Below are positions 1 through 13,724 of a DNA stretch of 64,000 nucleotides, piece by piece. The DNA comes from Mobula hypostoma (Eukaryota): NCBI RefSeq assembly GCF_963921235.1, contig NC_086097.1:50656001-50720000 (forward strand), written 5' to 3'. The translations under genes and the position numbers were made by a program. Numbering within the stretch: the stretch's first letter is position 1; every line of letters begins with the position of its first letter. The notes beneath the pieces were generated by a model. That model ran no database searches and was not told the DNA's origin. It saw only the letters and a program-made list of their open reading frames with translations.

Positions 1-1599
1 CCAGTCCTGTTTCCCTGTTGTCTCTATATAGTCTAATAATTGTTTTTCTTCAGAATACTTATCCAGTTTCCTTTTGGATGCCACAACTAAATCAAGCTCA
101 CTATCCAGATGAGCAGTCCGTTCCAGACCCTAAATACTTGCTGAATAAAAGCTTTTCTTCATGTCACTTATGGTCTTTTTCCAATTACATTTATTCTTAA
201 CCAATCCTCAAATGGAAAGAATTTCTGATATTACCCTTCCTGAATATAAATTGTTCTATCAGACATTTCCTTAGCAACCAAGAACAATCTCCAGACTTTG
301 TACTGCAACAATGTTGGATAGCCACACAACTGAAGTCTCTCTTTTCTGGAGGCAATATATTACATATCTTCCACACATTCTTGGAGCTTCTCACATCCAT
401 TCTAAACTATTGCACCCTGACGTGGGTATAATGTTCCTATTCTGGTAAACATATTTTATAAAAGGTTTATCATGACTTTCTTGCTCTTGAACCCTACCAG
501 TGTATTTATAAAAGCCAATGATTGTATACTCTTAGCTCCTTTCCCAGCCAGTCCTGCCAATTTCAACTAATCAACCAATACAGTATATTGTTAGTTTTCT
601 CTGTTCCTGTACCCATTTAAAATTGTGTTCTTCAGTTTATATTGCAAGCAAAAATGTATTGCTTGGCAATTAAATACAAATGAATAGACCTTCTTGATGC
701 ACCATACTGTGCCTTCACACTTGATGCACGCAGTCATGTTTGTTTCTGAGAAACTTTGACCAGTTTTTGATAAAGCTTACGATATGTAAGCCTGTCTCTT
801 CTCAACTGGATCAACATAATTAAGTGAGCAGTTTCCTTAAAATCAATGATTTGCAGCTTTTAGAATAGATGGCATATATGAACTCAAAAAATTAAGTCCA
901 TTGAATCTTTCCCAAACCTTTCCATGCCAAGAAACTACATCTGATAACCAGGTCAAAATGGTTAAACTATTTATAAAAACTAAGTCCATCCAGATATTGA
1001 ATAGTACATTCGAATGTGCTGTTAGGCTCATCTCATTTCACCATAATGCAAAAGCAGCTTATAATTTAATTATTGGTCTCAGTTTCATGCCTTACTTTAT
1101 CCTCCCTTTGTAAAACTATTTATTTAATAAATACCATGGACATTCCTCCTACTCCTAAATTCAAAAATCACCTCAAATATTCAGCATCCTTATACTTTCA
1201 GTGAATAACTCTCCTCTTAATGCTTTGATGACCTTCAGTAATGCATTATTTCAACAGCATGAATTTATAATTTTTTTTTGCTCAACTTATTAAGATGTTC
1301 TTCTGAGATTTAGTAAGGTATTCCTGATAAGTTAAATTAAGACCTTCTCAGCTTACTAAGGCATTCTTCTGAGAATTTAGTACTTATGGACAAGGACTTC
1401 CATCACCCATTTAACCTAATCAACTTCACTGCTATTTAAAACACCATGTGTAGAAGTTAGCCTCTAATTTCAGTAAATTCCTACCATTTGTAAATATTCA
1501 TGGACAGTGAAATAAAAAATACATTTCAAAATCTAATACCAAAAGACCCTGGATTTACCCTTAAAATTATAGGGGCAGTTTTGAAAGCTGCTAATTTAA

Positions 1600-2280
1600 A
1601 AACCAGAATTAGGTTTATTATCACCAGCATGCGACGTGAAACTTGTTAACTTATTAGCCACAGTTCAATGCAATACATAATGTAGCAGAGGAAAAAATAA
1701 ATAAAAAAATAAACAAGTAAATCAATTACATATATTGAATTGATTTTTTTTATGTGCAAAAACAGAAATACTGTATATTAAAAAAAAGGTGACGTAGTGT
1801 CCAAAGATTCAATGTCCATTTAAGAATTGAATGGCAGAGAGGAAGAAGCTGTTCCTGAATCACTGAGTTTTTGCCTTCAGGCTTCTGTACCTCCTACCTG
1901 ATGGAAACAGTGAGAAAAGGACATGCCCTGGGTGCTGGAGGTCTTTAATAATGGTCACTGCCTTTCTGAGACACCGCTTCCTAAAGATGTCCTGAATACT
2001 TTGTAAGCTAGTACCCAAGATGGAGTTGACTAGATTTACAACCTTCTGCAGCTTCTTTTGGTCCTGTGCAGTAGCCCCTCCATACCAGACAGTGATGCAG
2101 CCTGTCAGAATGCTCTCCATGGTATAGCTATGGAGGTTTTTGAGTGTATCTGTTGACATGCCAAATCTTTTCAAACTCCTAATAAAGTATAGCTGCTGTC
2201 TTGCCTTCTTTATAACTACTTCAATATGTTGGGACCAGGTCAGATCCTCAGAGATCCTTATGCCCAGGAACTTGAAGCAC
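1600..2280 (-). mobile_element. Rex-Babar-type LINE, 5'-truncated 3' end
   Basis: ORF 1860..2315 has FKFLGI.ISEDLTW, ESILTGCITVWYG and HPGH.LF.L.PSGRRYRS. AATAAA on the minus strand at 1614-1619. Confidence 0.8.
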
Positions 2281-2927
2281 AAACTATTATGAAGTGTAAT
2301 AGTCTCAATTCTCAAAAGGAATTTTAAAATCTACACGCACCTTAGCAAAAATACTGCAGATTCCAGGAATGTAAAGCAAAAAACATATATAAATACTTAA
2401 CAAGTCAGGTAGCAATTGTTACCCTTTCTGGTGACTGGTCTAATGGAAGGTCATTGACCTAAAACATTGACTCTGTTTCTCTCCCCACCAATGCAGCCTG
2501 ACCTATGAATATTTCCATTATTTGTTTTCATTACACATACAAACATAACCAAGTCAGAACAAAGCTCAAGCCAGTTCTCAAAGTTGGTGATTATGTAGAA
2601 GCATATGTAAGCATAATTACTTTTTAAAAAGGCACTGAAAAGCAAAACTTTGAAGATGAAACCATTTCAAACATACTTCACATTTTACAATTAATCTTGA
2701 CAACAACTTCAGCAGTAAATCACTGTGATACAGCATGAATATCTAAATTGGCCAGTTTGTGCACATGTGGGTCTCTTCCTTTGGAACATCAATTTTTGAA
2801 ATTTATTTCACAATTTAGTTGTTAATTTTAATTTTAATCAATTCTTCTCTGTTAATTCTTTCTCACACCAATTTCCATTGCAAAACAGATGTATACTGTA
2901 GATGAACAAAAGCAAAACAAAACTCAC

Positions 2928-3038
2928 CTGAAAGTAAAAGGCTACAGGTGACCGGGACATCAAATTATTGAAGTACTCATGAAAATGTGGTGAAAGAATG
3001 TCTTGTGCACACACTTCATATGGGTCAAATACTTGCTC
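2928..3038 (-). CDS. SOS2: SOS2 coding exon 7 (DH domain), 111 nt
   Basis: TTTTTGCATAG|GAG...TTTCAG|GTGAGT. Translates [37 protein letters not shown] (SOS2-like EQxFDPYE...QDILSP.FHE.FN.LM). Confidence 0.95.
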
Positions 3039-3414
3039 CTATGCAAAAAGAAAAAGTTGAATTTTTTTCCATTTTTCTTATTACATGATTTTGTTCATTA
3101 CCTATTTAGTTGCAAGGAGACGGCAGTAAACATGCTCTTTATTACTAAGGACAGTCTGTTCATATCCTGAAGGTATAATTCCTCAAGATCTGATAAGCCT
3201 CTGAAAGTTCACTGAGCCAACTGCAAAACAGTAAAAAACTAGTGATGCAACTTCTATCATATCCCTCCACAGAGTTTGGTAAAAATTACCATGCCCTCGG
3301 AATTCACTAGTGCTAATGTTTCTAGAAAACACACAATTGCCAGCTACATTTTGACCCTAACAGTACAATGAATTATAGGACAGTTCTCAGAAACATTATG
3401 ATTGTACAGTTCAT

Positions 3415-3551
3415 AAACACAAGAGAATCTGCAGATGTTGCAAATTCAGAGCAACACATACAAAATGCTGGAGGAACTCAGAAGGTTAGGCAGCATCTAT
3501 GGAAAGGAATAAAGAGTCAATGTTTCGGGCTGAGATCCTTCATCAGGACTC
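3415..3551 (-). mobile_element. Penelope-like element terminal repeat fragment with hammerhead motif
   Basis: Family motif CAAAATGCTGGAGGAACTCAG...GGCAGCATCTATGG on +. Minus strand GAGTC-CTGATGA-AGGATCTCAGCCC-GAAA-CATT-GACTC at 3514-3551. Confidence 0.75.
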
Positions 3552-4700
3552 ATGTACAGGAGTGAGGTAGATCAGCTGGTTGATTGGTGTTGTAACAACA
3601 ACCTTGCATACAATGTCACTAAGACCAAGGAACTGATTGTGGGCTTCAGGAAGGGGAAGTCGAGAGAACAGTCATCAGTCCGCACTGAGGGATCAGCAGT
3701 GGAAGCGGTAAGCAGTTTCAAGTTGCTGAGCGTCAACATCTCTGAGGATCTATCCTGGGCCCAATATATTGATGCAATTACAAAGAAGGCATGACAGCAT
3801 GACACTTCTTTAGGAGTTTGAGGGAACTTGGTATACCACCAAACACTAGCATACTTCTACAGATCTACAATAGGTTGTATGGGGTGTCCATGGAGGGAAA
3901 GCACCTCTGGTGAGATAGGGATACGTCTGTCCTAGCTTGTGAAGTCAGCTCCGGTGGATCAGGCAGGCGAGATCTTCAGTGAGATCCAATAGTGAGGAAG
4001 GCGGTACTGTAACACTTTTTGGAGATTGAAGGGCATGAAAAGGCAAAGGAAACACCATGGTCTTCCAGTGCAACTAAGACCCCAGTCTGTGACACTTGTT
4101 TATGCACTAAACCCAGACTTCTGAAGTCAAGATAGTGGAACAGTCCCACTGCAATGGCTTTTCCACATTAAAACCTCCCCCACACAGGACTCCTGTTATT
4201 GTCCGACACAAGAGACAACCACCACTGTGGAGAGTACTCTAACTGATTGCATGACTGTCTGGTACAGAGGGGACAACTGCACAGGATCAGAAAAAGCTGC
4301 AAAAAGTACACACTCAGCTATTTCCATCATGGGCACTAGCCTCCCCAGTATCGAGGACATCTTCAAAAGGCTGCATTCATTCATAAAGGACCCTCATCAC
4401 CCAGGATGTACCCTCTCACCAGTACCATCAAGGAACTTGAAGACACACACTCAACATTTTAGGAACAGCTTCTTCCCCCTTGACAGAAGATTTTTGAATG
4501 GACAGTTAAACCATGAACACTACCTATTTTTTCATGTACTGGTCCCGATATGTCCCCAATTCGTCAGAATCCACTGTATTTTTTTATTGTAATTTATAGT
4601 TTCTTTGTATGTATTACACTGTACTGCTGCCATAAAACAAATTTCACAACATATGTCAGTGATATTAAACCTGATCCTGATTGATTGTGATTCTGACTTC
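3552..4700 (+). mobile_element. Degenerate Rex-Babar-type LINE 3' portion, interrupted at ~3875-4222 by an unrelated ~350-bp repeat
   Basis: ORFs 3552..3794 (WC..NNL..NVTKTKELIV.FRK) and 4227..4592 (ESTLTDCMTVWY...HHPG...FRNSFFP) are consecutive parts of one RT C-terminus. Confidence 0.75.
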
Positions 4701-5657
4701 AGCCCAGAAGTCTTTGATGATCAGAAATACTCCACGTGCTTTTTCATTTTTCTATATCCAAAGTCCAATTTCAATTCTTTTCTTTGTGTGTTTGTTCTAC
4801 AGATAGAACGCTTATAATTTAATAAATTGACCCAAATTAATTAACAGCACTTCAACTGAACCAGCACCTTAATCAAGAAATACAAATCAACAGAGGTGTC
4901 AGTTTTGTTGTCAAAGCAGATTAGAGTCACGTAATAGAAAAGTTTACAATCGTGAAAAGACAGTTCAGGGTAAAAGGAAGCTGATATTGGCTCACTATAT
5001 ATTAGGGCTCAATAATAATTTAACTCAGCAGAGTCTCAAACATATCTTATAAATTACTCTCAATTTACATGTTATGTAGAGTTCATCTCCTAATCAGGTA
5101 ACCAATTAAGGAAAAGTACATTTGCTCAGCAGATGTTATATCCTAGAACACGCTCAATTTTATAGCTCAACTGGTCGACCGTCAATATGTCTGACTTACA
5201 ATATCTCTTTCCCAATACCAAAATCTATCATTTAAGAAATGCTCTACTCTCTTCATTTTGCTTACAAAGTAAACATGAAGCAATTCACATTTTAACACTT
5301 ACTATAATTTTTTTCAAAAACTTAAAATGAAAGATCATCTGTTACTTCCAGCCCTTTGACTTCAACCTACACTTCCCTACAGTACCAACTATGGCATGGT
5401 TAAAAACTCCACATGTTAACAATCACACCCCTTAAAAAAAGTTGCATTTTTAAAAACAAATAGAGCAACAATAAGCTATATATACACACTAGGATTTTGA
5501 TAATTAATGAAATGGTCATTAGCTGACATTGCCATTCAGTTCAGAATTTAAAATGTATTGAAAGTTACGTGGAAATAAATCAATAGGTAAATGTTATTTG
5601 TAAAATGTATATCTTATAAATTTTCTGCTTTAAAATTATTGATCCACTATAAAACAT

Positions 5658-6682
5658 AGACATAGAAACATAGAAAATAGGTGCAGGAGTAGGCCATTCG
5701 GCCCTTCGAGCCTGCACCGCCATTTATTATGATCATGGCTGATCATCCAACTCAGAACCCAGCCTTCCCTCCATACCCCCTGACCCCTGTAGCCACAAGG
5801 GCCATATCTAACTTCCTTTTAAACATAGCTAATGAACTGGCCTCAACAGTTTGCTGTGGCAGAGAATTCCACAGATTCACCACTCTCTGTGTGAAGAAGT
5901 TTTTCCTAATCTCGGTCCTAAAAGGCTTCCCCTCTATCCTCAAACTGTGACCCCTCGTTCTGGACCTCCCCAACATCGGGAACAATCTTCCCGCATCTAG
6001 CCTGTCCAATCCCTTTAGGATCTTATACGTTTCAATCAGATCCCCCCTCAATCTTCTAAATTCCAACGAGTACAAGCCCAGTTCATCCAGTCTTTCTTCA
6101 TATGAAAGACCTGCCATCCCAGGAATCAATCTGGTGAACCTTCTTTGTACTCCCTCTATGGCAAAGATGTCTTTCCTCAGATTAGGGGACCAAAACTGCA
6201 CACAATACTCCAAGTGTGGTCTCACCAAGGCCTTGTACAACTGCAGTAGTACCTCCCTGCTCCTGTACTCGAATCCTCTCGCTATAAATGCCAGCATACC
6301 GTTCGCCTTTTTCACCGCCTGCTGTACCTGCATGCCCACTTTCAATGACTGGTGTATAATGACACCCAGGTCTCGTTGCACCTCCCCTTTTCCTAATCGG
6401 CCACCATTCAGATAATAATCTGTTTTCCTGTTTTTGCCACCAAAGTGGATAACTTCACATTTATCCACATTAAATTGCATCTGCCATGAGTTTGCCCACT
6501 CACCCAACCTATCCAAGTCACCCTGCATCCTCTTAGCATCCTCCTCACTGCTAACACTGCCACCCAGCTTCGTGTCATCCGCAAACTTGGAGATGCTGCA
6601 TTTAATTCCCTCATCCAAGTCATTAATATATATTGTAAACAACTGGGGTCCCAGCACTGAGCCTTGCGGTACCCCACTAGTC
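5658..6682 (-). mobile_element. Young 5'-truncated CR1-clade LINE (RT C-terminal half)
   Basis: Uninterrupted 310-aa ORF with SGVPQGSVLGP, SKFADDTK, LYKALVRPHLEYCVQFWSP and LRGDLIETYK. (TTTCTATG)-type 3' tail. AAAACAT direct repeat at 5651-5657 and 6683-6689. Confidence 0.93.
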
Positions 6683-7151
6683 AAAACATTTTATGTTACA
6701 GAGGAGCGTAATGTTAATTCATTCCTGCAATGATTCGCAATGCAGCAAGTACATTTTCTTATAAAACATATTCTAGTTAATAATAAACTAGATACTCGCT
6801 GAGTCAAAACATCCAAAACAATGAAGAGAAAATTATTTATTCAACATGCACTACGAGGCCATGAAAAGTTATCAGTATGGCTCACAAAAGACCAAAAAAA
6901 AAGAGAAGCAGAATTGATGCAACCATATTGTCACTTCTTGCTGAATCCCAAGAATGGGATCAGGGATATTTAATTTTAGGAATGCTGAGAAGGCAAAACA
7001 CACAAGCTGTGAACATTGTGGGTGATTGCCAGCATACAAGCCATATGGGAACAATTAAGACTTTCAAAAATCCTGAATGGCTTTACTTTGAGGTTGAGGA
7101 CCTTACAGTTTAAAACTATCTGGCCACATACAAATCACTATCATGAAATAC

Positions 7152-7295
7152 CTCAGCCAGATCTTCAAAGCAGCTTCCAACTAATGGATGAGGGCTGCTT
7201 TCATCCGTCATCTCAACAGTATCCTCCATTAAACCCAACAGCTTCACAGTCAGTTCATGAATATCCAAGATGTTACTGAAGATCACATCAATGTC
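7152..7295 (-). CDS. SOS2: SOS2 coding exon 6 (DH domain), 144 nt
   Basis: TTTTCTTAATAG|GAC...GCTGAG|GTATTT. Translates [48 protein letters not shown]. Confidence 0.96.
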
Positions 7296-8114
7296 CTATT
7301 AAGAAAAAATGCACAAACTTAAGATCACTTGCACATTTAACCTTTGGGTCTGGTAGGTTTCTACACAAAATATCATTGGTTGCGAGTAAGATAATAGTGA
7401 TTAATCATATTCTTCCAACCTAGTTCTCAGCTCAGCCATAATTCCAATCAGATTATGGAAAGTATTGAACGGTGAATGTGAATAGCATCTCCTTCGATTT
7501 TTCTTTCTTCCAGTGGAAAGGCATATAATTGATACTCAGAAGCTATTTTCACAACACAGATCATAAATCTTCTGTGCAGGAAATCAAAGGCACCGAAATG
7601 CATTTCACCACATATTGCCTTATAGTCTGCAGAATTCTACTGTTGGTATTGCCTTAGCTACTTTTGAATTCCAATGTAAATTTTCAAAGTAATCTCTCTC
7701 AAGGACGGTAAAATCCAAAAACAGTATTCTTTCAGGGGAAAGCAGATATATATTTGTGTTTCTTTTAAACATGTGTTTACTTAATCATTCCAGAAATATT
7801 GAAATGATATGAAAGGTGTCAAACATTTAAACAACTCACCTAACATTGATTCCTTAACTATTTTCCCTGCTTTATAACTCTAATTTATTTTTAAATAGTC
7901 TCTGACAATCCTGGCTACTAGGCATGGTCTTGTGCAGAACTATATGAATATCTAACAGTTCAAGTTTGACCAGCTTTGGTCATTTCTTTTCAGAAAGTTA
8001 AGCAGTCCATAATTTAATCAAGCACATACTTTGTACTTAACATTTAACAAGAATTTCTTGAATGGTGTTTTACCACAGCTCATAAAATTCAGAGAAATGC
8101 AACCATTCCAAATT

Positions 8115-10120
8115 ACATTAGATTAGATTCAACTTTATTGTCATTGTGCCGAGTACAGATACAAAGCCAATGAAACGCAGTCAGCATCTGACCAGAAATG
8201 CAAAGAATAGTGTTATTTACAAAATAACTGCGAATAAAAAGTAAGTGCTACAGCACACAGATATAAAAGTACTGACACAGAACAATATGGGTGCAATACT
8301 GCTTAGCGCTGTGATGTGAGGTTCAGCAGGGTCACAGCCTCAGGGAAGAAGCTCTTCCTGTGCCTGCTGGTGCAGGAGTGGAGGCTCCTGTAGTGCCTAC
8401 CGGATGGGAGGAGAGTAAAAAGTCCATGGTTAGGGTGAGATGCCTCCCTGATAATGCTTTTTGCCCTGCCCAGGCAGCGTTTATGGTAGATGTTCTCAAT
8501 GGTCGGCAATTGGGTGCCAATAATCCGCTGGGCAGTTTTCACCACCCGCTGGAGTGCCTTGCGGTCCGATACGGGACAATTTCCATACCACACTGAGGTG
8601 AAGTTGGTAAGTATGCTCTTAATGGTACAGCGGTAAAAGTCCGTCAGTATCCTGGGACAGAGGTGAGCTTTCTTGATGTTCCGCAGGAAATAAAGGCACT
8701 GTTGTGCCTTTTTGATCAGGATGGAGGAGTTCAGGGACCAGGTGAGATCCTTGGAAATGTGGACACCAAGGAATTTGAAGCTTGATACACCCTCCACTAC
8801 AGCTCCGTTGATGTAGATGGGGACATGGGTGTGGCTCCTAGCATGCCTGAAGTCCACAATGATCTCCTTGGTCCTCTGGGTGTTAAGGGCCAGGTTGTTG
8901 TCGGCACACCACGCAGCCAGGTGCTGGACCTCGTCCCTGTAGGCCGTCTCGTCATCCCCTCTGATCAGGCCAACCACCGTGGTGTCATCTGCAAACTTGA
9001 TTATGGAGTTAGCACCATGTACAGGAACGCAGGTTTTCATAGGTGAAAAGGAAGTACAGAAGAGGGCTCAGCACACAGCCTTGAAGCACGGCGGTGTTCA
9101 GGGTGAGAGTGGAGGAGGAGAGGTTGCCTAACTTAACTGATTGGGGTCTCTCAGTCAGAAAGTCCAAGGTCCAATTGCAGAGGGATCAGCTGATACCAAG
9201 CTGGCAAAGTTTGGCAATCAGTTTGGAGGAGATCACAGTATTGAATGCCGAACTAAAGTCAATGAACAGCATTCTGACGTAAGAGTTGGGCTGTCCAGGT
9301 GGGTCAGGGCAGAGTGAAGTGCTGTGGAGATGGCATCCTCTGTAGACCTGTTGGTGAGATAGGCAAATTGATGGGGGTCCAGGGTAGAGGGCAGACAGGA
9401 TTTCAGATGTGATAGAACCAGTCTCTCAAAGCACTTTGCAATGATGAGGGTGAGTGCAACTGGGCGGAAGGCATTCAGGCCCGTGGCAGTGGAATGCTTC
9501 GGCACTGGCACGATGGTGGCGATCTTGAAACTTGTGGGGACAACTGCCTGGGCCAGGGACAGATTAAAAATGTCCGTGAAGACCCTGGCCAACTGCACTG
9601 CACAGACTCTGAGTATACGGCCAGGTATTCCATCCGGACCAGCTGCCTTCTGTACATTCACCCTGCTCTGGGTGGCGCAAACATCGGAGGTGGAAAGTAA
9701 GAGAGGCAGTTCACCAGGTGGGAGATCCACTCTGAGGGTGACCTCCTTGTTCTCTTGGTCAAAGCGAGCGTAGAAGTAATTGAGCTCATCAGGGAGGGAA
9801 GCAGAGCTGGAAGGGGGCACAGTACTAGGTGGTTTGAAGTCTGTAATGACCTGTATGCCATGCCACATGCGCCGGGGGTCCGAGGAGTTGAAATGCTCCT
9901 CGATTCTCTGTTTGTATATGTGTTTAGCCTGAGAGATTCCCCTCCTCAGGTTGGCCCTGGCTAAGCTGTAAGCCTCCCGGTCTCCAAACCTGAAGGCTGA
10001 ATCTCTGACTTTGAGCAGGAGGCGAACTTCTCTGTTCATCCATGGTTTCTGATTGGGGAAAACTTTTATTTGTTTTTGTGATGTCACTCTATCTACACAC
10101 TTGTTGATGTGCTCAAGGAT
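8115..10120 (-). mobile_element. Rex-Babar-type LINE, ~2 kb, frameshifted RT
   Basis: ORFs 9233..10162 ([35 protein letters not shown]) and 8303..9040 (IKFADDTTVVG, PSGRHYRS). AATAAA at 8134-8139 and an (AATCT)n tail on the minus strand. Confidence 0.9.
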
Positions 10121-11203
10121 AATACTTTTGCTTGGAATAAAAGACTTCTTAGTAATATACAAGTTAATAACCTAGCTGCCATGAAAACAGACACAAGGCT
10201 TGCAAGAGAGAAGAGCTAGCTTTGTAAGTAAAAGATACTGAGTAAGTTATACTTGTACCAAGATAGGTGCTCTTACACAACAATTTCCCTCAACCAATGT
10301 CAAGAAAATATATTAATTAAAATCTCTGTTCTGTTGAGAATGTCTAACAGAATTATTTCTCCAATCACATTTAATTCATTTCATCCTGGTTTACAATTTT
10401 AGTTTCTCCAATAACAATTGATTACATGTCCACATTTAACACTTCCTATACTTTTCATCATTTTATACCACATAAGTTTTATTTTCAGCACAAGAAGAAA
10501 GTGCAATTATTTTAATTCTGTTAATAGAAAATAGACTATAGTCATCAGAACAGCTGGGGAAAAAAAATTCACATAAAATAAATAAATAAAGGAAAGTGAT
10601 TTGGAGCAATGCTTTAAACAAACCCAGAGGAAGGAGAAGAACTAGCTGAGAGTTTATGCAAGCAGATGTAGTGTAGCAATTGCTGTACACAAGGAAATAT
10701 TACTACAAAAGTTAGTGGAATTTCAGTGGAAAAAGTGATGGCAGTTTGATGATTTATATCCTAGAATGCTGAAGGAAGTCAAAGAGGAAATAGCAGAGAC
10801 TATGAGCCTATTTCTAAAATCATTTGAACAGAAGTTACGCCCAAGAACCAGGGAGATACCAACGTTACATCTATGCACAAAAAGGAAGACTGGGTGAACT
10901 GAGTAATTATAGACATGACATTCAACAACCACAATGTATAAATTTCTAGATGCCAAAGCAAAAATATAAGCATCGCCAAGAAAGACAGACATAATCACTA
11001 ATATTTCTAAAGGATATTAAATAGAATTCGTCACAAATAAAGGGGAGTTCTAACAAGGAGAAAGCTGAGCTCAAGAATTTTCAAATTCAACTTGTTAATG
11101 CAATTTATAAGATTAATGCACCAACATAATTGAAACATTAGGAGGAAAAGGCAACAGTAAACTCTAATTGGTAAAATAAAGCAAGAAGAGCAGAGTTCAG
11201 ATA

Positions 11204-12775
11204 CAGTACCTTCAAAGAGTATTCAGCCCCCAACCCTTTGTTCACATAAATGAGTATTACATCCAGCAATCTTAATCAACTTAACTTAGAAGTTTTATTT
11301 GTAGATCACATGCTTCTTTTTTCACAATAGAGCCCAAAAAACAGGGAAAATTGAAAAACTAAACATTCAAAAGCTGAAATATCAGCGGTTTAAAAGTATT
11401 CATCCCCCTTTGCTCAGTATTTAGTTGAACCACTCCTTGAACCTAATTTAGCCAGTAGTCTTTTTGGATAAGTCTCTACCTGCTTTTCACAACATGACAG
11501 CAAGATTTACCCATTCCTCCTAGCAAAATTGCTCAAGCTGTACCAGGTTAGTTGGGAAGCAGCAGTGGACGGCAATCTTGAGGTTTTGCCAGAGAAGTTT
11601 GATCAGGTTAAGGTCAGGACTCTGACTGGGCCACTCAAGCACATCAATTTTCTTCATTAGAAGCCATTCCATGGTTGCTTTGACAGGGTGCTTTGGGTCA
11701 TTATCCAGCTGAAAGATGAACTTCTTCTCCAGTTTAAACTTTCTAGCAGAGGCTAGCAGGTTTTTAATCCAGGATCTCCGTATTTAGCAGCATTCATTTT
11801 CATATCAATCCTGGCCAGATTTCCAGTCCTTGCTGCTGAAAAGCATCTCCATAGCGTGATGCTACCCCCACCATACTTCACAGTAGGGATGGTGTTACCC
11901 AGTTGATGCACAGCATGAGATTTACGCCACACGTACCACTTGGTGTTGAGGTCAAAATGTTCCACTCATCTGTCTACAATACTTTCTTCCATATCTTTAC
12001 AGTATCTGCTCAGTGACACTTTGCAAAGTCTTTACTGGCAAGCATATGTGCACTTTTTTTTAAAAAAGCCAAGGCTTCCTCCTTGCCAGTCTTCCATAAA
12101 TACCCTTTTTGTGCAAGGCCTTAGAGATCATGGAGTCATGAACTTCATTTCTAGTTACAGCCACTGATTTCTGCAGCTCACTCAGAGTGACTCTTAGCAT
12201 CACAGTAGCCTTACTGAGAAGTGCCATTCTTCTCTGGTGACTAAGTTTGGAGGGGTGGCCTGATCTCAGCAATGTAACTGTGGTTTCATATTTTTTTCCA
12301 CTTTCTTTACAGCAGATTGCACTGAGCTCCAAGGTATGTTCAGTGCCTTTGAGATTGTCTTGTACCCTTACCCCAGATTTGTGTTTCTCTGTCATTTCCC
12401 AGATGTGTCTTGAATGCTCTTATTTTTATTTTAGTTTGGTCAGTTGAAAATCTACCATATTGTTGGACCTAGCAAAGAGAAAGGGTATTTATTGTAATAA
12501 ATTTATTGAAAACAGGTGACCCTCCAATTTTCTACATCAACAAATTGGGGGAGTTGGTAAGGGAATACTGTTTATTGCACTTGTGGAAAGTTGGTGTAGT
12601 AATTACAAAATTTTGGTTTTTAATTTTTAGTAAATTGGGCAGGTTTTGGAATTTTTCTTTTGATTGGACATGTTGCACTCAAAATAATCCTTCTTCAATA
12701 TATTTTAAATTTAGAAAATGAGATGGTAAAATGTGAAAATAGTTGTGGGGGCTGAATACTTTTTCCAATGCATTG
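11204..12775 (-). mobile_element. Tc1/mariner DNA transposon, near full length, inactive
   Basis: TA then CAGTACCTTCAAAGAGTATTCAGCCCCC at left; inverted GGGGGCTGAATACTTTTTCCAATGCATTG at right. Broken transposase: ARRKPWL, PTVKYGGGSITLW.CFS, DNDPKH, WPSQSPDLNLI. Confidence 0.9.
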
Positions 12776-13520
12776 CACATACATCTTAAAAGCTTGAGAG
12801 GGAAGTCAGTTGAAAAGAAATAGCATTTCTAAATCAAAGCAAAAAAAAAGAGAGAGAGACAGAGACAGAGACAGAGACACACTTTATCAAAAAACTGGTC
12901 AAGTTTTAGGAAACTATTTGAGGTCACCAAAACTGAAGGGTACACTTCAGGAAAATTATTTCTGGCATATCAGTAATTTAGAATTAAAGTGAGTTATATT
13001 TTGTTTTACTTTTGTTATAATATGGATTGCAAAATCACTCAGGAAACAAGTATATTTTGATGGTCATTTTTTTTAAATTTCAAAGAGTATATGCAACTTG
13101 ATTAATAGTTTTTTCAGTGAGACATTGGCAAAACTAGGTGGACAAAAACTCCCTCTCCTCAAATTTCCCACTCTTTTACATCACTTTAAAATAATTTTGG
13201 ACACTTCATCAATGAAACATGTAAAACCTTTACAGTCCCTTAGGGTTTATCCTGTTTACCAGGTCAAGTCAAGAAAGTAGTAGAGTAAATTTATCATAGT
13301 ATCAGAGTGAATAAATTATACTGCTACATTTATAATAAAACATAAATTAGGAAAGAATAACATAAAATAAATTTCCACATGAAAATAAACAACAAAAATA
13401 TTAAACAGTTAAGCACATTCTTGTTCATAAAGAAACATTCAAACACATTCCAAGATTAAGGTAAAGCTAGCACAGTTACATTTCAATAATAATCTTTCTA
13501 TCAGCAATTTAACAACTTAC

Positions 13521-13724
13521 ACGAGCAGTAAACAGTTTGTTGTTGGATGCAAAAGGTTCCCTGAAGACTTTTATAATAAGATTCAATTCACGCAGATACT
13601 GCCTTTCCTCTGCAATTTCAGCTTTCACTAAGTCATAGTAATTCTGCTCATCGGTCACATTTGACCCATCATCTCCCAATGAAGATAGACCAATATCATC
13701 CTGGTCAAACATGTCCATCAGGAC
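13521..13724 (-). CDS. SOS2: SOS2 coding exon 5 (linker and start of DH domain), 204 nt
   Basis: TTTTCTTTTCAG|GTC...GCTCGT|GTAAGT. Translates [13 protein letters not shown]...[31 protein letters not shown]...[14 protein letters not shown] and [13 protein letters not shown] are SOS2-type rather than SOS1-type. Confidence 0.96.

Noticed and set aside
1..1600. Possible SOS2 exon 8
   Set aside because: No GFKEAV.YVLPRL-like peptide with splice sites was seen. The region looks like heavily decayed CR1 and AT-rich intron.
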